Part shown: piece by piece, positions 10,318 to 19,981 of the stretch
Layout: every line of letters starts with the position of its first letter
Numbering within the stretch: the first letter of the stretch is position 1
Assembly: GCA_031459385.1 (NCBI GenBank)
Contig: JAVKIP010000007.1
Span: 89,387-153,386 of the forward strand
DNA length: 64,000 bases
Direction of reading: 5' to 3'
From: Candidatus Fervidifonticultor secundus
GTDB taxonomy: Bacteria > Sysuimicrobiota > Sysuimicrobiia > Sysuimicrobiales > Humicultoraceae
Position numbers and translations under genes: made by a program
Notes under the pieces: generated by a model
Databases searched by the model: none
What the model was told of the DNA's origin: nothing
The model's input: only the letters and a program-made list of their open reading frames with translations

Positions 10318-10875
10318 ATGACCGACGAGGTCCTGGCCGATGCCCGGGGGAGGATGCAGAAGGCGATCGAGGCCACCCGCCGCGAGTTCGCGGCCCTGCG
10401 CACCGGGCGGGCGAGCCCGGCGCTGCTGGAGCACGTCCGCGTCGACTACTACCAGACGCCCACCCCCATCACCCAGCTGGCGACCGTCTCGGTACCCGAG
10501 CCGCGGCTGCTGGTCATCCAGCCCTGGGACAAGAGCATGGTGAAGGAGATCGAGCGCGCCATCCTCAAGAGCGACCTGGGCCTGACGCCGAGCAGCGACG
10601 GCGTGGTGATCCGCCTGCCGATCCCGCCGCTGACCGAAGACCGTCGGCGCGAGCTGGTCAGGGTCGCGCGCCGGCACGCCGAGGAGGGACGCGTCGCCAT
10701 TCGCAACATCCGGCGCGAAGCCAAGGAGATGCTGGAGGAGCTGGAGGAGGCGGGTGACATCTCGGAGGACGCGTCGCGCCGCGGCCTGGAGCGGCTGCAG
10801 CAGCTCACCGACGAGATGATCGCGCAGTTGGACCGGCTGCTGGCGGCCAAAGAGAAGGAGATCATGGAGGTCTAG
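10318..10875 (+). CDS. frr: Ribosome recycling factor
   Basis: [31 protein letters not shown]; alternative GTG start at 10303. Confidence 0.97.
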   Translation: MTDEVLADARGRMQKAIEATRREFAALRTGRASPALLEHVRVDYYQTPTPITQLATVSVPEPRLLVIQPWDKSMVKEIERAILKSDLGLTPSSDGVVIRLPIPPLTEDRRRELVRVARRHAEEGRVAIRNIRREAKEMLEELEEAGDISEDASRRGLERLQQLTDEMIAQLDRLLAAKEKEIMEV

Positions 10876-10881
10876 GCCGGG

Positions 10882-11091
10882 ATGCTCGACCTGCTGGGGC
10901 GCCCGCTGGCGGAGGTCCGGGCGCTGCTGGACGCGGAAGGCTACGCGGTGGAGGTGCGCGAGACCCGGCCGCCGCGGCCGGGCGTGCAGCTGGTCGGGGC
11001 CTTGCGCGTCGTGCGCCAGGCCTTCGCCGGCGGCACCGCGCGGCTGGTCGTCGTGCACGAGCGCTACGTGCCGCCCGCCCGACGCGCGTGA
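10882..11091 (+). CDS. Small PASTA-like hypothetical protein
   Basis: MLDLLGRPLAEVRALLDAEGY...LRVVRQ resembles a single PASTA domain; stop overlaps the uppS start. Confidence 0.6.
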   Translation: MLDLLGRPLAEVRALLDAEGYAVEVRETRPPRPGVQLVGALRVVRQAFAGGTARLVVVHERYVPPARRA

Positions 11092-11837
11092 GTCACCTGC
11101 GCCCCGCTCCTGCGCCGGCGGCGATCGACCGCACCCGCGTACCCGCCCACGTGGCCATCATCATGGACGGCAACGGCCGGTGGGCCGGCGAGCGGGGGCT
11201 GCCCCGGGCTGAGGGACACCGCGCCGGCCGCGAGGCGATCCGTCGTACGGTCGAGGCTTGCCGCGAGCTGGGCGTGCAGGTCCTGACGCTCTACGCGTTT
11301 TCCACCGAGAACTGGCAGCGGCCGCCCGAGGAGGTCGAGGCGCTGATGCGCCTGCTCCACCAGGCGCTCCTGGAGGAGGCCGAAGAGCTGCACCGCCAGG
11401 GGATCCGCCTGCGGTTCGCCGGCGATCTGGACGGCCTGGCGCCGGCCATTCGCGAGGAGATCGCGCGGGTCGAGGCCCTCACCCGTGGGAACCAGGCGAT
11501 GGTGCTGAACATCGCGCTGAACTACGGCGGCCGAGCCGAGCTGGTCCGGGCCGTGCGGCAGCTCGCCGCCGATGTACGCGCCGGTCGCCGGCGCCTCGAA
11601 GAGATCGACGAAGCCGCGGTGGCCGGGGCGCTCTATACGGCGGGCCTCCCCGATCCCGACCTGCTGATCCGGACCGGTTGCGAGCAGCGCCTGTCCAACT
11701 TCCTGCTGTGGCAGGCGGCGTACGCCGAACTCTACTTCGCCGACGTGTTCTGGCCCGACTTCGACCGCGCACACCTCCTGGCGGCTCTCGTCGAGTACCA
11801 GCACCGGCAGCGCCGCTTCGGCGGGATCCGTGACTAG
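11088..11837 (+). CDS. uppS: Undecaprenyl diphosphate synthase (isoprenyl transferase)
   Basis: HVAIIMDGNGRWA, YAFSTENW, NYGGR, RLSNFLLWQ, RRFGG. Confidence 0.97.
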   Translation: MSHLRPAPAPAAIDRTRVPAHVAIIMDGNGRWAGERGLPRAEGHRAGREAIRRTVEACRELGVQVLTLYAFSTENWQRPPEEVEALMRLLHQALLEEAEELHRQGIRLRFAGDLDGLAPAIREEIARVEALTRGNQAMVLNIALNYGGRAELVRAVRQLAADVRAGRRRLEEIDEAAVAGALYTAGLPDPDLLIRTGCEQRLSNFLLWQAAYAELYFADVFWPDFDRAHLLAALVEYQHRQRRFGGIRD

Positions 11838-12639
11838 CGCGCGGGCGTGGCCCGACCGCGCGCTGGGCGCCCGCGTCGCGACCATCGTCGTCGGCGGGCC
11901 CGTCTTCCTGGCTGCGGTCTGGGCCGGCGGTCTCGCGCTGCTGGCGGTGGTGCTGGCACTGGTGGCCGTAGCGCTGGTGGAGTACCGGCGGCTGGCGCAG
12001 ACCGCCGGGCTGCGACCTGCCGGCGTCGTGCTGGGCGGCGGCGTGGGCTTTCCGCTCCTGGCGGCGTGGGGACTGTGGCCGCACGCCGGTGCGCTGGTGG
12101 CGGCGCTCGTGGCGGCGGCCGCGGGGACGGGGCTGTGGCCCGAACGGCGGGCGGGGGCTCTGGCACACGCCGGGGCCGCCGTGCTCGGCGCGGTGTACGT
12201 GGGCCTGCTGTTCGCGCACCTGGTGCTCGCGCGTGCGGCGTTCGGGCCCGGCCCGCTGCTCGCGCTGCTGGGCGTCGTGTGGGCCAGCGACATCGCGGCG
12301 TACCTGGTGGGCGTGCGGTGGGGCCGGCGCAGGCTGCTGCCGGCGGTGAGCCCGGGCAAGAGCGTGGAAGGCGTCGCCGCTGGCCTCGCTGCGGGGGCGG
12401 CCGTGGCGGCCGCGGCCGGCGGGGTCATCGGGTGGCCTGCCGCGCAGAGCGCGCTGGGGGGAGTGCTGGTCGCGGCGATCGGCGTCGTCGGCGACCTGTG
12501 GGAGTCGGCGCTGAAGCGCGCCGCCGGCGCCAAGGACTCGGGGGCCTGGCTGCCCGGACACGGCGGCATCCTGGACCGGTTCGACGCGGTGCTCTTTGGC
12601 GTGCCCGCCGGGTACTACCTGATGGGATGGCTCCGATGA
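11830..12639 (+). CDS. cdsA: Phosphatidate cytidylyltransferase
   Basis: SDIAAY, SPGKSVEG, GDLWESALKR...KDSG..LPGHGGILDRFD. Confidence 0.95.
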   Translation: MTSARAWPDRALGARVATIVVGGPVFLAAVWAGGLALLAVVLALVAVALVEYRRLAQTAGLRPAGVVLGGGVGFPLLAAWGLWPHAGALVAALVAAAAGTGLWPERRAGALAHAGAAVLGAVYVGLLFAHLVLARAAFGPGPLLALLGVVWASDIAAYLVGVRWGRRRLLPAVSPGKSVEGVAAGLAAGAAVAAAAGGVIGWPAAQSALGGVLVAAIGVVGDLWESALKRAAGAKDSGAWLPGHGGILDRFDAVLFGVPAGYYLMGWLR

Positions 12640-13784
12640 GGCGGCTGGTCGTGCTGGGCTCCACCGGGAGCGTGGGACGCGCCGCGCTCGAGGTCGCCGC
12701 GGCACTGGGCGACGTCGAGGTCGTCGGGTTGAGCGCGCGGCACCGCCACGCGCTGCTGGCCGCGCAGGCGCGCCGGTTCCGCGTCCGGGCCGTGGCCGTG
12801 GAGGATCCGGCTGCCGCCGCAGCGCTCGAGGATGCGCTGCCGGCCGGCACACGGGTCTTGAGCGGCCCCCAGGCCGCCACGACGCTGGCGCTGCTCGACG
12901 GCGCGGACGTCGTCCTGGTGGCACTCGTGGGCGTCGCGGGCCTGGCGCCGACGCTGGCCGCACTCTCCGCCGGACGCGACGTCGCGCTGGCCACCAAGGA
13001 AGCCCTGGTCGCTGGCGGGCACCTGGTCGCCGCAGCCGCAGCCCGGTCGGGCGCGCGGCTGATCCCCATCGACAGCGAGCATGCGGCCATCGCCCAGTGC
13101 CTGCTGGGGCAGGACCGCGGGGCGGTGCGGCGGCTGATCCTCACCGCCTCCGGCGGCCCGTTCCTGCGGCGGGCCCCAGACGAGCTGTGGACGGTGACCG
13201 TGCAGGAAGCGCTCGCGCACCCCACGTGGAACATGGGGACGAAAGTCACGATCGACTCCGCCACGTTGATGAACAAGGGCCTGGAGATCATCGAGGCCCG
13301 ATGGCTGTTCGACGTCGCGCCGGAGCAGATCGACGTCGTCATCCATCCCCAGAGCATCGTGCACGCCATGGTGGAGTTCGCCGACGGGATGGTCCTGGCG
13401 CAGATGAGCCGCCCGGACATGCGTGGCCCCATCCAGTTCGCGCTGACCGGGCCGCAGCGCCGGCCGGGGCTGGTGGCGCCGGTGGACTGGCACCGGCTGG
13501 GACTGACGTTCGAGGCGCCAGAGGCAGGGCGCTTCCCGGCGCTGGACCTGGCCAGGGAGGCGCTGCGCCTGGGCGGGACGGCGCCCGCCGTGCTGAACGC
13601 GGCCAACGAGGTGGCCGTGGGGCAGTTCCTGGAGGGAAGGATTCGCTTTCCCGAGATCGTTGAAACGGTGCGCGCGGTGCTCGCGCGGTGCAGCCCGCTC
13701 CCGGCGCCGACCCTGGACGCCGTGCTCGCCGCCGATGCGTGGGCCCGGGAAGAGGCGGCCCGGGCCGCCCGCGTGGTGAGGTGA
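12636..13784 (+). CDS. dxr: 1-deoxy-D-xylulose-5-phosphate reductoisomerase
   Basis: LGSTGSVG, PIDSEHAA, LTASGGPF, HPTWNMG.KVTIDSATLMNKGLE. Confidence 0.97.
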   Translation: MRRLVVLGSTGSVGRAALEVAAALGDVEVVGLSARHRHALLAAQARRFRVRAVAVEDPAAAAALEDALPAGTRVLSGPQAATTLALLDGADVVLVALVGVAGLAPTLAALSAGRDVALATKEALVAGGHLVAAAAARSGARLIPIDSEHAAIAQCLLGQDRGAVRRLILTASGGPFLRRAPDELWTVTVQEALAHPTWNMGTKVTIDSATLMNKGLEIIEARWLFDVAPEQIDVVIHPQSIVHAMVEFADGMVLAQMSRPDMRGPIQFALTGPQRRPGLVAPVDWHRLGLTFEAPEAGRFPALDLAREALRLGGTAPAVLNAANEVAVGQFLEGRIRFPEIVETVRAVLARCSPLPAPTLDAVLAADAWAREEAARAARVVR

Positions 13785-14806
13785 CTGCCGTGCCCAACAT
13801 CCTGGCCGCGATCGTGGCCTTCGGCGCCATGATCTTCTTCCACGAGCTCGGCCATTTCCTCATGGCCAAGCGGGCGGGCGTGCGCGTGCACGCCTTCGCC
13901 ATCGGATTCGGCCCCGCCCTGGTGAGGTGGACCCGCGGCGGGACCCGGTACGCGCTCAACCTGCTGCCCTTCGGCGGCTACGTGCGCATGGAGGGCGAGG
14001 ACAGCGCCACCGCCGGCGAGGGCAGCTTCCAGGCCAAGAGCGTGGGCGCCCGGATCAGCATCATCGCCGCCGGCCCCCTGATGAACCTGGTGATGGCGGT
14101 CGTGATCCTGGCGGTGGCGGCGGCCGCCGGCGGGGTCGCCACCAGCACGCGGGTGCGCACCATCGAGGCGGGCTGGCCGGCCGAGGCCGCGGGGTTGCAG
14201 CCGGGGGACCGCATCGTCGGCATCGGCGGCCAGGTGATGGGGACCGACCAGCTCATCGACACCATCAACCGCAGCGTGGACCGGACCCTGGTGCTGGACG
14301 TACGCCGCGGGGCAGAGGCGCTCTCCGTGACGGTCACGCCCCGTCTGGATCCCGCGCGCGGCGTGGGCCGCATCGGGTTCGCGCCCGAGCCGGTGTTCAC
14401 CCGCCTCCACCCCGGCGCGGCGCTGGTCTGGGGCGTCCACCAGACCGGCCGGTACATCGTCCTGCTGGCCGGCATCATCGAGCGGCTCGTCCGCGAGGGC
14501 CGGTTACTCGAGCACCTCGGGGGACCGCTGGCGGCCGGCGACCAGCTCCGGCAGGCGGCCGAGCTGGGGATCCTGGTCTTCCTGCACCTGACGGCGCAGT
14601 TCAGCATTCTGATCGGCTTCTTCAACCTGCTGCCGATTCCCGCGCTGGACGGCGGACGCCTGGCGTTCCTGCTGGCCGAGGCCGTGCGCCGGCGGCCGGT
14701 GCTGGACGCCCGGCGCGAGGGGCTCGTGCACACCGTCGGGCTGGCCCTCCTGCTGCTCCTGCTGGCCACGGTGACGCTGCGCGACCTCCGGCGGCTGTTC
14801 GAGTAG
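13781..14806 (+). CDS. rseP: M50 intramembrane metalloprotease with PDZ domain
   Basis: HELGH, LPFGGYVRM, AGPLMN, NLLPIPALDGG. Confidence 0.93.
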   Translation: MTAVPNILAAIVAFGAMIFFHELGHFLMAKRAGVRVHAFAIGFGPALVRWTRGGTRYALNLLPFGGYVRMEGEDSATAGEGSFQAKSVGARISIIAAGPLMNLVMAVVILAVAAAAGGVATSTRVRTIEAGWPAEAAGLQPGDRIVGIGGQVMGTDQLIDTINRSVDRTLVLDVRRGAEALSVTVTPRLDPARGVGRIGFAPEPVFTRLHPGAALVWGVHQTGRYIVLLAGIIERLVREGRLLEHLGGPLAAGDQLRQAAELGILVFLHLTAQFSILIGFFNLLPIPALDGGRLAFLLAEAVRRRPVLDARREGLVHTVGLALLLLLLATVTLRDLRRLFE

Positions 14807-14820
14807 TCCGGGACGGCCCG

Positions 14821-15957
14821 ATGCACCGGACACAGACGCGCACCGTCAGGGTCGGCAAGGTCGAGATCGGGGGCCAGGCGCCGGTCTCGGTGCAGTCCAT
14901 GACGATCACGGACACCCGTGACGTGGACGGCACGCTGGCGCAGATCTACCAGCTGGCGGCCGAGGGGTGCGAGATCGTCCGGCTCGCGGTGCCCGACCGG
15001 GAAGCCGCAGCGGCGCTGGCGGCGATCAAGCCGCGGAGTCCGCTGCCGATCGTGGCCGACATCCACTTCGACCACCGCCTGGCGCTGGCGGCCCTGGAGG
15101 CGGGGATCGACAAGCTCCGCATCAACCCCGGCAACATCGGCAGCCTGGACCGCGTCCGCATCGTCGCCCGCGAGGCCGCGGCGCGCGGCGTGCCCATCCG
15201 CATCGGCGCCAACATCGGCTCGCTCTCCAAGGCCACGCTGCGCAGGTGGGGGCGCCCGTGTGCCGAGGCCCTGGTGGACTCGGCGATGGAGGACGTGAAG
15301 GTCCTGGAGGATCTCGGCTTCCACGACATCGTCATCTCCGTCAAGGCATCCGACGTGCCCACGATGATCGAGGCGTACACCATGATCAGCGCGCTGGTCT
15401 CCTACCCGCTGCACGTCGGGGTGACCGAAGCGGGCACCGCGTGGGCGGGCGGCATCAAGTCCGCGGTGGGGATCGGCGCCGTGCTGGCCCGCGGCATCGG
15501 CAACACCATTCGCGTCTCGCTGGCCGCAGACCCCGTCGAGGAAGTGCGCGCCGGGTACGAGATCCTCAAGAGCCTGGGTCTGCGCACCCGGGGGGTGCAG
15601 TTCGTGGCGTGCCCGTCCTGCGGGCGCGCCGAGGTGGACATCATCCAGATCGCGCAGGAGGTCGAGCGGCGGCTGCGTGGCATCCCCGCGCCCGTGAAGG
15701 TGGCGGTGATGGGCTGCGCCGTCAACGGCCCGGGCGAGGCGCGCATGGCCGACCTGGGCATCGCCTGCGGCCGCGGCATGGGGCTGATCTTCCAGGACGG
15801 CAGGATCGTCGCCAGCCTGCCGGAGGACCAGCTTATCGACGGCCTGATGGCCCACGTCTGGCGGGTGGCGCGCGAGCGCTACGGGGTCGCGGCACCGGCG
15901 GCCGTCGCGCCGGCGGGGAGCGGTGCGGGGACCGCGGGGGCCCCGGCGACGCCATGA
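14821..15957 (+). CDS. ispG: 4-hydroxy-3-methylbut-2-en-1-yl diphosphate synthase
   Basis: VQSMT, ADIHFD, RINPGNIG, LHVGVTEAG, CPSCGR, MGCAVNGPGEA. Confidence 0.97.
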   Translation: MHRTQTRTVRVGKVEIGGQAPVSVQSMTITDTRDVDGTLAQIYQLAAEGCEIVRLAVPDREAAAALAAIKPRSPLPIVADIHFDHRLALAALEAGIDKLRINPGNIGSLDRVRIVAREAAARGVPIRIGANIGSLSKATLRRWGRPCAEALVDSAMEDVKVLEDLGFHDIVISVKASDVPTMIEAYTMISALVSYPLHVGVTEAGTAWAGGIKSAVGIGAVLARGIGNTIRVSLAADPVEEVRAGYEILKSLGLRTRGVQFVACPSCGRAEVDIIQIAQEVERRLRGIPAPVKVAVMGCAVNGPGEARMADLGIACGRGMGLIFQDGRIVASLPEDQLIDGLMAHVWRVARERYGVAAPAAVAPAGSGAGTAGAPATP

Positions 15958-16604
15958 CTCCCTGGTGGGAGGCCCTGGCGCGACTGCTCCTGGCGGTGAC
16001 GCTGGGCGGCGTCATCGGCTTCGAGCGCGAGAGCGTCGACAAGCCCGCCGGCTTTCGCACCAACATCCTGGTCTGCGTGGGCGCCGCGCTGTTCGCCCTG
16101 GTGTCCAGCGCGGGCTTCTTCGGGACGGGCGCTGATCCGGCCCGGGTGGCCAGCAACATCGTGGTCGGGATCGGCTTCCTGGGGGCCGGCACCATCTTCC
16201 GCACGGGCGGCGGCGTCCAGGGCCTGACCACAGCCGCCACGCTGTGGACGGTGGCCGCCATCGGCACGGCGTGCGGCATCGGGTACTACGCGGGCGCGTT
16301 GGGTGCCACCACCATCGTCATCCTGGTGCTGACGCTGATGAAGAGCGTGGAGCGGTTCCTCCCCCGGCGCGGGATCGGCCACTGCTTCGTGCAGATGGCC
16401 GACGTGCCCGGGCAGCTGGGCAAGATCGGCACCGCGCTGGGCCTGCTGGGCGTCAACATCGACCGTGTGGAGTTCACCGCGAAGACCGACACCAGGGTCA
16501 CGCTGGACCTGACGCTGCGCCTGCCGGCGAGGGTGAGCCGGGGCGACGTCCTGGTGGCGCTGGGGGAGATCGAGGGCGTGGACGAAGCCCACTGGGAAGC
16601 CTAG
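15954..16604 (+). CDS. MgtC/SapB family membrane protein with C-terminal ACT-like domain
   Basis: IGFERE..KPAGFRT, DPARVASNIVVGIGFLGAG, GLTTAATLW. Confidence 0.9.
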   Translation: MTPWWEALARLLLAVTLGGVIGFERESVDKPAGFRTNILVCVGAALFALVSSAGFFGTGADPARVASNIVVGIGFLGAGTIFRTGGGVQGLTTAATLWTVAAIGTACGIGYYAGALGATTIVILVLTLMKSVERFLPRRGIGHCFVQMADVPGQLGKIGTALGLLGVNIDRVEFTAKTDTRVTLDLTLRLPARVSRGDVLVALGEIEGVDEAHWEA

Positions 16605-16607
16605 TCC

Positions 16608-17273
16608 ATGCTCCCGCTGCGGGACCTCAACCCGTCGCGCTCCACCCCGGTCGTGGTCTACATGCTCATCGCGACCTGCGTCGCCATCTTCCTGTACACC
16701 ATGGGCCTGGGGAGCGAGGCGGCGCAGGCCGCCTTTTTCGCCCGCTACGGGGCGGTGCCGGCGCAGATCACCGGCGGCCTCGCCGGCGCCCGCGGGCTCG
16801 TCACCTCCATGTTCCTCCACGGCTCGTGGATGCACCTGGGCGGGAACATGCTGTACCTGTGGGTGTTCGGCGACAACGTCGAGGACGCCATGGGGCACGG
16901 CCGCTTCATGGTGTTCTACCTCACCGGCGGGGTCATCGCCGGCCTGGCCCACGTGGTTACGCAGCCGGCCTCGCCGGTGCCGCTGGTAGGCGCCAGCGGC
17001 GCGATCGCCGCCGTCCTGGGCGCGTACCTGGTGCTCTACCCCCGCGCGTCGATCCTGTCGCTGGTGTTCTTTGGCGTCTTCGTCCGCTTCATGGAGCTCC
17101 CCGCGCTGCTGGTGCTGTCGCTGTGGTTCGTGCTGCAGGTCGTGCAGGGGGTGGCGACGCTGGGCATGCCCGGGGTGACCACCGTGGCCTGGTGGGCGCA
17201 CATCGGGGGGTTCGTCGCCGGCGTGGCGCTCGTGGGGCTCTTCGCCCGGCGGCGCGCACCGCGCATCATCTGA
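16608..17273 (+). CDS. Rhomboid intramembrane serine protease
   Basis: SMFLHGSWMHLGGNMLYLWVFGDNVED, GASG, AHIGGF. Confidence 0.93.
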   Translation: MLPLRDLNPSRSTPVVVYMLIATCVAIFLYTMGLGSEAAQAAFFARYGAVPAQITGGLAGARGLVTSMFLHGSWMHLGGNMLYLWVFGDNVEDAMGHGRFMVFYLTGGVIAGLAHVVTQPASPVPLVGASGAIAAVLGAYLVLYPRASILSLVFFGVFVRFMELPALLVLSLWFVLQVVQGVATLGMPGVTTVAWWAHIGGFVAGVALVGLFARRRAPRII

Positions 17274-17288
17274 CCCCGGGGTGGCCGC

Positions 17289-17317
17289 TTGGACGCCCCT
17301 GTCCGGTCTGCTATAGT
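17289..17317 (+). promoter_or_regulatory. Sigma70-type promoter for the SAM synthetase gene
   Basis: TTGGAC-N17-TATAGT with extended TG. Confidence 0.6.
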
Positions 17318-17351
17318 GTGGCGCGTGGTGAATGGCACAGAGGAGGGGCGC

Positions 17352-18554
17352 ATGCGCAACATCGTGGTGGACGTCCTGGCCAGGACCCCGGTGCCCGAGC
17401 AGCAGGTGGAGATCGTGGAGCGCAAGGGGGTCGGGCACCCCGACTCGATCTGCGATGCCATCATGGAGCAGGTCTCCGTCGAGCTGAGCCGCGAGTACCT
17501 GCGGACGTGCGGGCGGATCCTCCACCACAACATCGACAAGGCGTTCCTGGTGGCCGGGAACGCGGAGATTCGCCTGGGCGGCGGCGTGGTCACCGAGCCC
17601 ATGCGGCTGATCTTCGGCGACCGCGCTACGGCCGAGTGCAACGGCCAGCGCATCGCGGTGGACGAGATCGCCGTGCGCACGGCCAAGGCCTGGATCCGCG
17701 ACAACCTGCGCTTCGTCGACCCCGAGCAGCACGTGGTCTACGACGTGCAGATCAAGCCGGGCTCGCCCGAGCTGATGGACATCTTCCAGCGCGAGCGTCC
17801 TACGGCCAACGACACCTCGGCCGCCGTGGGCTTTGCCCCGCTCTCGCCCACCGAGCGCGCGGTGCTGGACGTCGAGCGGCTGCTCAACAGCCGGGAGTTC
17901 AAGCAGCAATACCCGGAGGTCGGCGAGGACGTGAAGGTGATGGGCTTCCGGCGCGGTGACGCGCTGCACCTGACGACCGCCGTGGCCTTCGTGGACCGGT
18001 TCATCGACAGCGAGGCAGCCTACTTCCGGCGCAAGAGCATGCTGCGCGATGCCATCATGAGCTTCCTGGACGGCCGTCCCGAGTTCCGCGAGGTGCAACT
18101 CGACCTCAACACGCTGGACCAGCCCGGGCGCGGGCTCGGCGGCATGTACCTGTCCGTCACCGGGACCTCGGCAGAGAGCGGGGATTCGGGCCAGGTGGGT
18201 CGCGGCAACAGGGTCAACGGCGTGATCTCGCTGAACCGGCCCATGGGCACCGAGGCTGCCGCGGGCAAGAACCCCGTCTCGCACGTGGGCAAGATCTACA
18301 CGGTGCTCACCAAGAAGGCAGCCGAGCGCATCCACCGCGAGGTGCCCGGCGTGCGCGAGATCTACGTCTGGATGTTAAGCCAGATCGGCGCGCCCATCGA
18401 CGAGCCGAAGGTCGCTGCCGCGCAGGTGGTGCTGGAGCGCCACGCCCGGCGGCGGGTTGTCGAGCGGCGGATCCGCGAGGTGCTCGACGACGAGTGTGCC
18501 CGCATCTCCACCCTCACGCAGGAACTCGCCAGCGGCCTGCACCCGATGTGGTGA
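17352..18554 (+). CDS. Methionine adenosyltransferase, archaeal type
   Basis: VEIVERKGVGHPDSICD, ILHHNIDK, ANDTS, GEDVKVMG, GTSAESGDSGQVGRGNR, AGKNPVSHVGKIY; SD AGGAGG. Confidence 0.92.
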   Translation: MRNIVVDVLARTPVPEQQVEIVERKGVGHPDSICDAIMEQVSVELSREYLRTCGRILHHNIDKAFLVAGNAEIRLGGGVVTEPMRLIFGDRATAECNGQRIAVDEIAVRTAKAWIRDNLRFVDPEQHVVYDVQIKPGSPELMDIFQRERPTANDTSAAVGFAPLSPTERAVLDVERLLNSREFKQQYPEVGEDVKVMGFRRGDALHLTTAVAFVDRFIDSEAAYFRRKSMLRDAIMSFLDGRPEFREVQLDLNTLDQPGRGLGGMYLSVTGTSAESGDSGQVGRGNRVNGVISLNRPMGTEAAAGKNPVSHVGKIYTVLTKKAAERIHREVPGVREIYVWMLSQIGAPIDEPKVAAAQVVLERHARRRVVERRIREVLDDECARISTLTQELASGLHPMW

Positions 18555-18564
18555 GTCGGGCGCC

Positions 18565-19599
18565 GTGCGCCGGGGGACGGCTGCGGCGCTCGTCATCGCA
18601 GCGGTGCTGGCCACGGGGTGCGAGGTGCGCCGGCAGCCCCCGCCGGTGGGAGTGGCGTTCCTGCGGGTCGAGGGCGTCACCCGTGCCACCCGGCAGTCGG
18701 CGCTGAGCCCGGTCGCGTGGGCGTCGGACGGCCAGCGGTTTGCGTTCGGCGCCCAGGACGGCGTGTGGGTGCAGCGCGCCGCGGGCTCCGCCGCCTCGCG
18801 CCTGGCTCCCGGCCACGTCGTCACCGCCGTGGCGTGGGCGCCGGTGGTAGATGCCCTGGCGTACATCGACCGCGGCGAGGTGTGGGTCGTGCAGCCCGAC
18901 GGTCAGCGCCGTCACCGGGTGGAACTGCCCGCGCCCGCCGTCGCCCTGGCCTGGGCCCCGGTCGGCGACCGGCTGGCCGTCGTGGTGCACGCGCCGGGTC
19001 CGCAGCGCCGCTCGGAGCTGTGGTGGACGAGCGTCGGCGGCAACATCCTGCGCCGCGTGCAGTGGGCCCCGCCGCGCCCGGTCGCGGGGATCGGGTGGTT
19101 CCCCGAAGCGCTCTACCTGTTCGTGCCGCTCGAGCACGACGGGGGGAGCGGCGAGTGGTGGAAGGTCCGGATCGCGTACCCCGACATGCGTCTCCTGCAG
19201 CGCCGGGACCCACCGGCCCGCGAGGCGGCCCTTTCGCCCGCGGGTGACTGGGTCGCCTTCGTGGCGCGCGGCAACCGCGACCAGGTCTTCGTGGTGCGCC
19301 CGGACGGCTCCGGGCTGCGCGCCGCCTCGCCGCCGGCGCCACGCATCGCTGGCCTGGCCTGGGCGCGCGGCGGCGACAAGCTGGCGTATGCGGTGCTCCT
19401 GGATGAGGCGAACGCCGAGATCTTCGTCACGACGCCGTCCGGTGCGTCCCGCCGCCTGATCACCTACCGGCTCGAGTTCCCGGCTCCCAGCGCGGCCCTG
19501 GCGCTGGCGTGGGCGCCCGGGGACACCTACCTGGCCTACGGCACGAACACCGGCGCGCTGGCGGGTCCTGTATGGCTCGCGCGCTTCGGCCGGGATTGA
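18565..19599 (+). CDS. TolB/PD40-like beta-propeller lipoprotein
   Basis: Lipobox LATGC; repeated AW[AS]xxGxxLA motifs. Confidence 0.75.
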   Translation: MRRGTAAALVIAAVLATGCEVRRQPPPVGVAFLRVEGVTRATRQSALSPVAWASDGQRFAFGAQDGVWVQRAAGSAASRLAPGHVVTAVAWAPVVDALAYIDRGEVWVVQPDGQRRHRVELPAPAVALAWAPVGDRLAVVVHAPGPQRRSELWWTSVGGNILRRVQWAPPRPVAGIGWFPEALYLFVPLEHDGGSGEWWKVRIAYPDMRLLQRRDPPAREAALSPAGDWVAFVARGNRDQVFVVRPDGSGLRAASPPAPRIAGLAWARGGDKLAYAVLLDEANAEIFVTTPSGASRRLITYRLEFPAPSAALALAWAPGDTYLAYGTNTGALAGPVWLARFGRD

Positions 19600-19684
19600 C
19601 AGCGCCGCGGCCGGCCCGCGCATAATAGTACTCGTTGACCCGCCGCCGAAGGCGGCGTGCAGTCGTTACGCTGGAGGGTTCGTC

Positions 19685-19981
19685 ATGCCCGTGTACGAGT
19701 ACCGCTGCCGTCAGTGCCGACACCAGTTCGAGCAGGTGCAGCCGGTCGGGCAGCCGGCACCGGTGTGCCCGCGCTGCGGCGGGGAGACCCGGAAGGTCTA
19801 CTCATCTGTAGGGCTGATCTTCAAGGGCAGCGGCTTTCACACCACGGATTACCGCAAGCCCGCACGGGCCAACGGCGACGGCGCGACTCCGCCCGCCGGC
19901 GCTTCCACCAAGAAGGAAGACACGGCCGCGCCAGCCAGTGCGCCGCCGTCACCGCCGGCGTCCGCACCGCCGTCCCGCTGA
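19685..19981 (+). CDS. FmdB-family zinc-ribbon protein
   Basis: MPVYEYRCRQC...CPRCG...GLIFKGSGFHTTDY; SD GGAGG. Confidence 0.9.
   Translation: MPVYEYRCRQCRHQFEQVQPVGQPAPVCPRCGGETRKVYSSVGLIFKGSGFHTTDYRKPARANGDGATPPAGASTKKEDTAAPASAPPSPPASAPPSR

Noticed and set aside
17318..17351. SAM riboswitch before the SAM synthetase
   Set aside because: The predicted leader is only about 30 nt and lacks S-box motifs
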